Shown here one piece after another: positions 18,626 through 25,647 of a DNA stretch of 25,647 nt. The DNA comes from Pseudomonadota bacterium. Lineage in GTDB: Bacteria; Pseudomonadota; Gammaproteobacteria; Burkholderiales; Burkholderiaceae_C. Positions within the stretch are counted from its first letter, which is position 1, and each line of letters opens with the position of its first letter. The stretch is taken from NCBI GenBank assembly GCA_039805985.1, contig JBDLSY010000105.1, positions 1 to 25,647 of the forward strand. The letters run 5' to 3'. The position numbers and the translations under genes are program-made. The notes under the pieces are model-generated. The model was given only the letters and a program-made list of their open reading frames with translations, was not told the DNA's origin and did no database searches.

Positions 18626-19254
18626 TTTTTAATCAATTGAGACAATTCAACGCCACTTTTAACGGATAACTTTTCAAATAAACGTGCACGGTGTACCTCA
18701 ACAGTTCTGGCACTAATTAAAAGTGATTCAGCAATGTCTTTGTTGGTTTTACTATTTAATACATGGTGCATGACTTCGCGTTCACGGTCGGTTAAGGACG
18801 CTAATCGCACTTTTAACTGCGCGCCTAAGCGGACTGTTTTCATTGAGTTTCTGGCTTGTAACAAAGCTTCTTCAATACGGTCTACTAATTTATTGTCGTT
18901 AAACGGTTTTTCAAAAAAATCAAAAGCCCCGTGTTTAAGTGCTTCTACTGCCATAGGTACATCGCCGTGACCTGTTAAAAAAATGACAGGCATAGTGGTG
19001 TGTAAATTACGTTCACGCAATTTATCAAACACCTGTAATCCTGATAATTGCTGCATACGTACATCTAATAAAATAACGCGTACATAAGCAGTAATAGGTG
19101 GTTGCTGATTTAACCAATCTAAAAATAACTCTCCGCTAGAAAACATCGCACAAGGCAATTGACGTGAACGTAATAGCCAAGACAGTGCGTCTAACACTTC
19201 GTTATCATCATCAACAATACATACTTGAACGTCGGTTTGATTATTATGAATCAT
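18616..19254 (-). CDS. FixJ/DctR-type response regulator (REC + LuxR HTH)
   Basis: IVDDD, LLDVRM phospho-Asp, FLTGHGDV, EKPF, LTDREREV...SARTVEVHRARLFEKL. Confidence 0.92.
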   Translation of the reverse strand: MIHNNQTDVQVCIVDDDNEVLDALSWLLRSRQLPCAMFSSGELFLDWLNQQPPITAYVRVILLDVRMQQLSGLQVFDKLRERNLHTTMPVIFLTGHGDVPMAVEALKHGAFDFFEKPFNDNKLVDRIEEALLQARNSMKTVRLGAQLKVRLASLTDREREVMHHVLNSKTNKDIAESLLISARTVEVHRARLFEKLSVKSGVELSQLIKKNQ

Positions 19255-19301
19255 GTGGATTATGTGATTTATAACTAATAGATAGTTAAATAAATAAATA
19301 G

Positions 19302-19859
19302 TTAATCAACATTACTAGGTTGCCAACTTTTAGCCTTTAATGTTTGTGATTGTAAAAATTGTGTGGGTGTATAGTAATCTACTTGTGCATCATTATTCCA
19401 AGTACCCGCATAGCTTTCGCCATTAGGCCAATCAAAGATACCTTTGCCATGGCGAGTACCTTGTTTAAACTGTCCCGTATATTGATGCCCCCTTAAATTT
19501 GATGCATCACCCCATACATATACGCCTAAGCCTTCACGCAAATCATGGCTAAACTGTCCTACATAGCGATCACCTGTTTCTAGCCATTGTTGCGTTCCAT
19601 TACCGTGCTTTTCACCCTGTAAAAAATGACCTGTATAAATACTAGTCTTCCCTTTAGCAGTACCCAAACCCTGTGCCAAGCCACTGGCATCACATTCACC
19701 TACATAACGATCTTGTAGTTCAGGGTCTTTGACACTACATTGCGGTACTTTAACGCCCGCCGTACTAGCCATTTGTGCATAAGCTGTAAAACTGCTCAAA
19801 CTTATTAAGGCAGTACATAATAAATTTATGGAAAAGCGGGAAGAAAATAATGTATTCAT
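19302..19859 (-). CDS. Secreted MORN-repeat protein
   Basis: Signal peptide ending AYA; repeats YTGHFLQGEKHGNG, YVGQFSHDLREGLG, YTGQFKQGTRHGKG, YAGTWNND; N-terminal Cys pair. Confidence 0.85.
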   Translation of the reverse strand: MNTLFSSRFSINLLCTALISLSSFTAYAQMASTAGVKVPQCSVKDPELQDRYVGECDASGLAQGLGTAKGKTSIYTGHFLQGEKHGNGTQQWLETGDRYVGQFSHDLREGLGVYVWGDASNLRGHQYTGQFKQGTRHGKGIFDWPNGESYAGTWNNDAQVDYYTPTQFLQSQTLKAKSWQPSNVD

Positions 19860-19861
19860 AA

Positions 19862-19969
19862 TGTTTTATTTATATTATTGATATCGTTTATATTGTTTAT
19901 ATTGTTTATTTTATTGATATTGTTTATTTTATTTATTTTGCTTATTTTATTGATATTGTTTATTTTGTT
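19862..19969. repeat. 9-bp-period array (about 12 units, 18-bp higher-order structure) filling the whole spacer
   Basis: Plus strand units tgttttatt tatattatt gatatcgtt tatattgtt tatattgtt tattttatt gatattgtt tattttatt tattttgct tattttatt gatattgtt tattttgtt. Confidence 0.8.
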
Positions 19970-22902
19970 GGAATCGTAATTGACAAAGCATTAGTCGTTG
20001 CATTAAATAAAATTGGACTACGTTGTTTAGCCATTTGGGTCGTGTGTGCGTTATAAAACAAATTTCCCAGTGCATAGCCCATCGCTCCCCCTACGGCAAC
20101 ATCACTAAACCAATGCTGGCGAGTACCCATGCGTCCCACAGCGGTTAATAGCGGTAAAGTATATAAAATAGGTGCATCATAATGCAACGCATACGGCGTA
20201 ACCAAGGCAGTTGCCATGGCCATGTGCCTTGATGGAAAGCTACTATCACTGCGATTTTTTGTACCAAAGCTAGTATTACTTAAACCAGATAAAGGTCTCG
20301 CCCGATTCGTCAAGTATTTCAAGCTAGTCGCTGCTAGTACTGCAGCGGCTGACGATTCTAAACTGGCCAAAGCAACATGGCTACGGGCATAATTACTGCC
20401 ATCATAAGCCCATAAAGCTGATGCACCCATACCCAAAAATGTAAGACCGCTACTGATATCGTCTACTTGTTTAAAACGGCGCTGCATTGCCGAATTTTTT
20501 AATAAATGAACAACATTGCGGTTCATAGCACGGTCTGATGACGCAGTCAGTGCAGTAAAAACAGCCCCCGTTGCAAGCATATTAGGCCAGTTTACGTGTT
20601 GTATACCTTGTTGAAATGAACGAATTGCATTGTTAATTGGAGGAATAATTCCGTCGTTAATGGCAAGTGCACCTAAATGAACCTGACCATCATAATCAGC
20701 TACACCCGCAAACCGCTCTAAACCACTTTGTACACGGTTATTACGCCAATCTTCTTCTAATAAATTATATAAGTCAGCAGGATTACTAACCATTTGAGCA
20801 ATATCACGCGTCCACGGCGACAAAGCGATACTTGCTTTTTGCCTACTGTAGTTAGGCAACATACCATCAAAAGGTAAACTAATTAATAGCCCTTTATCAC
20901 GATAATTACTTGCACCTACCCCATAGTCTTTAGCATTTGTGACCGACATCCACGCACCTAATTCAGTACCCCCCCAAAAACGCCGTTTAAATTCCGCACG
21001 AACGCCTATATCTTTTGCCAAAAAACGTCCCGCACGTACAGTAAGGTTGGTTTCCATGGGCAAACGGTAATGTAATGCTGCTAAGGCAGTGGTTGTACGA
21101 TAACCGTTTAAACCAAACATAGTCTGTTCATCACGCTGTGCGACTGTATCTATACTTAAATCAACTGCCCAAGGTGATTGAGCAGGTGCATACAAAACTT
21201 GTCCACCAATACCTGCATAAGCACGTTCAAAAATACCTGCATTGACACGGCCATATACATTTTTACCTAAATGCTTAAAATGATTAACAACCGCCAAATC
21301 TAATTTAGCTTGTTTACCTATTTCATAAAATGCACTGCGCGAGCGAACTTTGTTTTGAGTGCTATTTGAAGCACCAATCCCTAATTTACTAATATTTTCG
21401 GTTAAAGTTTTATTAAAAACTACACTAGCATAAGTATTTTTATTCAGTTTAGCCTCTAACTGGGCTTCTGCTTTTACCGCATATTGTAGACCACCAGGGC
21501 CATTTAAATAACTAGATATTTTTGGAGAAAAGCTAGCATGATAACGTTTTTCACCGCCACTATCCCAAGTCAAACCTAGCGGCGTGAGTTGAAAATACGG
21601 GTCTTCTCTCCGTGGTGTTAATCCTAATTGCGGCAAAGTATATCCTCCCAATACAGCGATTTTATCGGCGGCATTAAAGGGTATTGGTTGCTCTACCGAT
21701 GTAATTGCCGCGTCAATACTATGCGGTGTAGGTGTATTTAGCTTAAAAGAAGACAATAAATTTTGTTGAGAAGATTGCCCTTCTAAATAGCTATTTAAAG
21801 CGACTAAGTCAGTAAATAGATATTCCGCTGTGGCTATATTTGTTTCGTCATTGATATAAGTAACTGCAATAGACTTAGTTTCTTGAGGGGTCGTTTTTAA
21901 TGCAATATGCACAGCATCACCGACGGCACTGCTGGCATACAGCTGGGTTGCATGGCTCAGTATTAATTGTAAACGATTAGACGCCGTGTATTTAATAGCA
22001 ATATTTTTGAAACCATAACTGTGTAATAGTCGGCGCATCGCTTCTAAATGAGCAGCGTTACTATTCCATTGTGCTGCAGTCGGCTGCTTTAAAGGAATTC
22101 TAAAACGTGGCTTTTCGTTATTTTTAGCAATAGTATCGCGTACATTATTATCAACAGTATGTTGCACTTGTATTTCTGTTGCGCCCATACGGCGAGCAAG
22201 ACGCATACTCCAAGCACTATTGTGCGGTGTGTATTCCAAACCGTAATTAATAGTACGTTGGCTACGACTTAATTTATCAAGTCCCGTTTCTTGAGCAAAT
22301 TTATCACTTAAATAATGATTAGCATCTTTTTCTAGCATTATTTTTAAGCCTGATACACTGGGTACTGTTGCTTTAATACCACCAAAAACCCCTTTGATTC
22401 GTCCCGTGCCATAGCCTACTGTGGTATCAATGGGAATATTATTCACTATAAACCGTTTACTGGCAGCCACTGCAGTACTTTTAAATAAACTAGTACCTAT
22501 TGGGTCTTGCACGATTAAAGCGGTCGCTGGTATTTGCTTAGTTTCATCAGTAAGTTTAATCCGTCCAAATAAAGTTTTATCTTTATAATCACCGTAGTTT
22601 TTCTTAAAGTCTGTGTAATTACTAGCTAAGCTATTTGGAAATCCATCTACACCCATCACCCGTATAATACCTAAACCACCTTGTAACCAAGGTAAAATAG
22701 TCGCCTGCGTTCTAAAAGTAGGGTACGGCTTTACAAATGAAAAATCATTACGCCAAGTACCGTCTTGGTCTAGTCGCCCGGTAGGCATGGCAATTAACTC
22801 GCTCTCTGCAGCAGTGCTTTTGGTACTAAATAAAAAAATTAAACTAAGTGTACAAATACTACGTGCAAATAAAAGCATAGGTGTGATGTGAAAAATAGTC
22901 AT
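19960..22902 (-). CDS. YjbH/GfcD-family outer-membrane beta-barrel fused to a C-terminal PAP2 phosphatase domain
   Basis: N-part MPTGR...PY...LPWLQ...YKDK...PIGTSLF...DTTVGYGTG and C-part FERAYAGIGGQVLY, RFLAKDIG, DKGLLISLPFD are YjbH-like; tail has K-x6-RP (KYLTNRARP), FPSRH and GRMGTRQHWFSD. ATG 22902 preferred (GCAGGT SD; 22932 lies inside a terminator hairpin). Confidence 0.85.
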   Translation of the reverse strand: MTIFHITPMLLFARSICTLSLIFLFSTKSTAAESELIAMPTGRLDQDGTWRNDFSFVKPYPTFRTQATILPWLQGGLGIIRVMGVDGFPNSLASNYTDFKKNYGDYKDKTLFGRIKLTDETKQIPATALIVQDPIGTSLFKSTAVAASKRFIVNNIPIDTTVGYGTGRIKGVFGGIKATVPSVSGLKIMLEKDANHYLSDKFAQETGLDKLSRSQRTINYGLEYTPHNSAWSMRLARRMGATEIQVQHTVDNNVRDTIAKNNEKPRFRIPLKQPTAAQWNSNAAHLEAMRRLLHSYGFKNIAIKYTASNRLQLILSHATQLYASSAVGDAVHIALKTTPQETKSIAVTYINDETNIATAEYLFTDLVALNSYLEGQSSQQNLLSSFKLNTPTPHSIDAAITSVEQPIPFNAADKIAVLGGYTLPQLGLTPRREDPYFQLTPLGLTWDSGGEKRYHASFSPKISSYLNGPGGLQYAVKAEAQLEAKLNKNTYASVVFNKTLTENISKLGIGASNSTQNKVRSRSAFYEIGKQAKLDLAVVNHFKHLGKNVYGRVNAGIFERAYAGIGGQVLYAPAQSPWAVDLSIDTVAQRDEQTMFGLNGYRTTTALAALHYRLPMETNLTVRAGRFLAKDIGVRAEFKRRFWGGTELGAWMSVTNAKDYGVGASNYRDKGLLISLPFDGMLPNYSRQKASIALSPWTRDIAQMVSNPADLYNLLEEDWRNNRVQSGLERFAGVADYDGQVHLGALAINDGIIPPINNAIRSFQQGIQHVNWPNMLATGAVFTALTASSDRAMNRNVVHLLKNSAMQRRFKQVDDISSGLTFLGMGASALWAYDGSNYARSHVALASLESSAAAVLAATSLKYLTNRARPLSGLSNTSFGTKNRSDSSFPSRHMAMATALVTPYALHYDAPILYTLPLLTAVGRMGTRQHWFSDVAVGGAMGYALGNLFYNAHTTQMAKQRSPILFNATTNALSITIPTK

Positions 22903-22916
22903 GAAATACCTGCAAA

Positions 22917-22949
22917 AAAAGAGCCTTATCATTAGATTAAGGCTCTTTT
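22917..22949 (-). terminator. Intrinsic terminator between repeat-protein gene and YjbH-PAP2 gene
   Basis: AAAAGAGCCTTA-tcattagat-TAAGGCTCTTTT; on the minus strand followed by T7. Confidence 0.8.
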
Positions 22950-23020
22950 AACAAAAATTAGTAATGTTTTATTGATAGCTATATAAATTAGTTTACCAAA
23001 CTATCATTAATCAATATTGA

Positions 23021-23530
23021 TTAATGGTTACTAGCAGTATGACTACTAGTAGTCTTAGTGGCAGTTATAATTGCACCCGTAATTACAGCACCGACAATAC
23101 CGTAACCTACCCATTTAGCAGCAGGTGATACTGCTGAAATAGTCGGTAATGAAGCCATTGAATTTACAGCATTATAACCACGTGATACAGTGCTAAAAGT
23201 TTGTTGGGGGATATTTTGAACCGCAACGTTATTACCTATCATGTTTTGACCCATCATATTTTGACCTGTCATGTTTTGACCCATCATATTTTGACCTGTC
23301 ATGTTTTGACCCATCATATTTTGACCTGTCATGTTTTGACCTGTCATGTTTTGACCTGTCATGTTTTGACCTGTCATGTTTTGACCTGTCATGTTTTGAC
23401 CTGTTGTATTTTGACCAAACATATTTTGTGATGTACCTGATCTTGATTTATTAGAATGATTATCAGCAGATACATAAACTGGACTAGCAACGATAGCGGT
23501 GGCTAAAATAGTGGCGACGATTTTTTTCAT
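23021..23530 (-). CDS. Small secreted protein with GQNM(T/M) pentapeptide repeats, YjbE/GfcA-like position and architecture
   Basis: AGGAG SD; signal peptide MKKIVATILATAIVASPVYVSA; 12 GQNxx units; C-terminal hydrophobic segment WVGYGIVGAVITGAIITAT then Thr/Ser tail. Confidence 0.85.
   Translation of the reverse strand: MKKIVATILATAIVASPVYVSADNHSNKSRSGTSQNMFGQNTTGQNMTGQNMTGQNMTGQNMTGQNMTGQNMMGQNMTGQNMMGQNMTGQNMMGQNMIGNNVAVQNIPQQTFSTVSRGYNAVNSMASLPTISAVSPAAKWVGYGIVGAVITGAIITATKTTSSHTASNH
23237..23431 (-). repeat. 15-bp tandem array, 12 GQN units plus one degenerate unit
   Basis: Plus strand TGTCATGTTTTGACC / CATCATATTTTGACC units from 23237 to 23416; SQNMF unit 23417-23431. Confidence 0.95.
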
Positions 23531-23593
23531 GAATAGCTCCTAGGATTAAAGATATACTTATTAAGTGATTGGTTGTTGATTATTAAACTATTA

Positions 23594-23622
23594 AGTATGA
23601 ACGGTAATAATTTATCGCACAA
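23594..23622 (-). promoter_or_regulatory. Possible sigma70 promoter of the repeat-protein gene
   Basis: Minus strand TTGTGC (23622-23617), 17-bp spacer, CATACT (23599-23594); weak match in AT-rich DNA. Confidence 0.3.
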
Positions 23623-23669
23623 ACTCTTAATATTTTACACGTTTAAGCCCTAAATTACGAATAAATTTA

Positions 23670-24845
23670 TTACTGTAACCATTGTTTGCGTGTTTTTAAC
23701 AACACTATAGCTATAGCAAACAATAAACTGAATAAACTACCCGCTAATATTAAAAGTGTACGGTTCGGGCGTGACGGTAACTCTGGCACAATAGCCTCAT
23801 CAATCAGCTGTAGGCTGGCTGTATCACGCGATTCATCTAAACGGGCAAACTCAAATTGTTTAGCCAGTAATTCAAATACAGTTTCAGCATATTTTAAATC
23901 GCGTAAACGCCGCGCATAGTCCATACCTGAATCAGTTAATTTTTTATTATTGCCTAAATGCGTGGTTTGGTTAGCATCACCTGTTTGCGAACGCTCTAGT
24001 TTATTGGATTCATTACGTAATGCTGTCATTTCAATGACTTTACGTTGATAGTCTGGATTTTCGGTGGTTGCATATTGTCGTAAAGAAGCCAGTTCAACTT
24101 CTTTTGCAGAAATAGCTGCACGTATTTTTGCTATGGCTTCAATGGCAACCTTTCCTTGAGTATCTAATTGTAAAAGACCCGTTGTTTGCTGCATCATTTT
24201 AAATGCTTCTTCAGCGTCTGTTAATTGATTTTTAGCTTGTTTTAATTGCGTTTCAAAAAAGAAACGCCGTTGTCCTGCTTCAGTTATCGCCATACGTTGC
24301 ATCATACCTTGCAGTGCATAAAAATATTCATTGGCTATAGCTGCCGCCAATCTAGGGTCTTGGTCTTCTACGTCAATGTTGATAATGCCATCTTTCCCTG
24401 CAACTACCTTTGTTAAGCTGGCAAGTTGCAGTCTAGTATTTTGTGCTGTCTTAATTTTATAAGCTTCTTTTAATGAAAATTTAGCAATCACGTGGTCACT
24501 AATAGAGCGGCTTTTTAATAAACCTACATACAAATCACCTGGCGTTTTAATTCCCAGCATAGTAGCTGCACCGCCAGCCCCCCCTAATGCCCCCAGTATG
24601 GCAGCTTGTCCAGAACCTGAACCACTGGTAGGCGGCATAACGCGTATTTGTGCATTAAAATACTTGGGCTGTAAAAAAGCGACAATGACTGCGGCAACAA
24701 TGCCTATTGTTGAAATAATCAGTAACCAAAGTTTGTGCGTCAGTAATGCGGTAATAATGGCTGATATATTAATCGGCATCTCATCATCATAAGCAGTTGA
24801 ATGTGTATTTAACGCATTATTCAAGTTAGGATTGATAGTTTGCAT
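23670..24845 (-). CDS. Polysaccharide co-polymerase / chain-length determinant (Wzz/Wzc-N-like, no kinase domain)
   Basis: Two TM helices flanking a coiled-coil periplasmic region; LLKSRSI, QFEFARLDE, IDEAIVPELPSRPNR before TM2. Confidence 0.88.
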   Translation of the reverse strand: MQTINPNLNNALNTHSTAYDDEMPINISAIITALLTHKLWLLIISTIGIVAAVIVAFLQPKYFNAQIRVMPPTSGSGSGQAAILGALGGAGGAATMLGIKTPGDLYVGLLKSRSISDHVIAKFSLKEAYKIKTAQNTRLQLASLTKVVAGKDGIINIDVEDQDPRLAAAIANEYFYALQGMMQRMAITEAGQRRFFFETQLKQAKNQLTDAEEAFKMMQQTTGLLQLDTQGKVAIEAIAKIRAAISAKEVELASLRQYATTENPDYQRKVIEMTALRNESNKLERSQTGDANQTTHLGNNKKLTDSGMDYARRLRDLKYAETVFELLAKQFEFARLDESRDTASLQLIDEAIVPELPSRPNRTLLILAGSLFSLLFAIAIVLLKTRKQWLQ

Positions 24846-25647
24846 CAGTAAATTCCCAATACTTTTAAGCTAGCGACACCCAAAGAAAACTGTGAAAATA
24901 TACTAGCCCAGTTTTTATAGTTATTTAGTGTGTCAAAACGACGAATGTTTTCTGGTACGATAATCGCATCACCAGGATGTAATACAACTTCAGAACCCAA
25001 CCAACCTAACCAACCATTAGTTTTACGAGTGATACTGCCATTGGCACGCAATACATAAATATTGTCAGCATCAGCACTGGCTGTTAAATCACCGGCTTGA
25101 GATAAGTATTGCTTTAGAGACTTATTAGCGACATGCAGTACCGTATTTTCATTATGAACCGCTCCCACAATTGACACGGTAGCTTGTTGTGGTGGAATGT
25201 ATAACGTGTCACCATCTTCAACCGCAATATCAGGCACATCACTCAAATAAGCAGTCGGTGGTATATCCATCGCAATACGACCCGAAGCTTTGACGCTTTT
25301 TAATTGGTTTAAAAACTGTTGCGATGCTTGGACAGACTGTGCTTGTTGCGCTGCATTTTCCGAGCTAGTTGCCCGGGTAAGTGACTGTAAATTCAAATCG
25401 CGCTCTAGTTTTTCTAAAGTAGAATCCATCGCTTTTTGCTGATTAGATTGCACCGTTTTTCGCGTTAATACAGCACCGTATACATAGGCTTTGTCAGTTA
25501 ATCCGCCTACACGTTGTACCAACTGTAACAGTGTTTCATTGGGCAATGCTTGATAAACACCGCCCGCATTAAATTCACCTTCCAATTTAACGGTACGCGT
25601 TAGTTTTGATTGTGCAATGCGTAAATCACGGTTACTAAACACACTAA
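24845..25647 (-). CDS. SLBB-domain polysaccharide export protein (Wza/OtnA/KpsD-like), C-terminal part; starts beyond the right edge
   Basis: VKLEGEFNAGGVY...TLLQLVQRVGGLT, VEDGDTLYIP, VSIVGAV, YLSQAGD, IYVLRANG, LHPGDAIIVP; frame open to window end; TGATG overlap with the Wzz-like gene. Confidence 0.88.
   Translation of the reverse strand, partial: SVFSNRDLRIAQSKLTRTVKLEGEFNAGGVYQALPNETLLQLVQRVGGLTDKAYVYGAVLTRKTVQSNQQKAMDSTLEKLERDLNLQSLTRATSSENAAQQAQSVQASQQFLNQLKSVKASGRIAMDIPPTAYLSDVPDIAVEDGDTLYIPPQQATVSIVGAVHNENTVLHVANKSLKQYLSQAGDLTASADADNIYVLRANGSITRKTNGWLGWLGSEVVLHPGDAIIVPENIRRFDTLNNYKNWASIFSQFSLGVASLKVLGIY

Noticed and set aside
22903-22932. ORF-track start of YjbH-PAP2 at 22932
   Set aside because: Falls within the terminator hairpin; ATG at 22902 has an SD-like GCAGGT and gives a plausible signal peptide.
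23201-23431. 76-aa (HVLTC)n His/Cys-rich ORF on plus strand
   Set aside because: Antisense reading of the 15-bp array; the minus-strand gene has SD, signal peptide and terminator.
23237-23431. 15-bp array as CRISPR or classical A(D/N)Lxx pentapeptide-repeat protein
   Set aside because: No spacers; consensus GQNMx does not match the A(D/N)Lxx family.

Overview
AT-rich chromosomal window from what looks like a betaproteobacterium (Burkholderiales-like proteins; family calls are from motif recognition and memory, no database search was possible). It is mostly housekeeping: aspA (cut by the left edge), system II cytochrome c maturation genes ccsA and resB split apart by rpoH, hemB and a membrane-protein gene, ampD, a tRNA-Ala/Glu/Asp operon with a near-consensus sigma70 promoter and terminator, a phasin with a PhaR-type operator on its promoter, a chorismate-lyase-like gene, an HI0933-type flavoprotein, bioA-bioD-bioF, RNase II, a stand-alone infC with an ATA start, a PfkB kinase, an orphan FixJ-type regulator and a MORN protein. 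The right end is a surface-polysaccharide export locus: SLBB/Wza-like exporter (cut by the edge), Wzz-like co-polymerase, a small secreted protein built from 12 GQNM(T/M) pentapeptides, and a YjbH/GfcD barrel fused in frame to a PAP2 phosphatase. No transposase, integrase or CRISPR array was seen. The most interesting signals are (i) the repeat protein plus barrel-PAP2 fusion module, (ii) a three-copy REP/BIME-like cluster with a compensatory base change inside the bio operon, (iii) a recurring pattern of tandem arrays grown from the stop-codon region of genes, and (iv) several normally conserved operons broken up.
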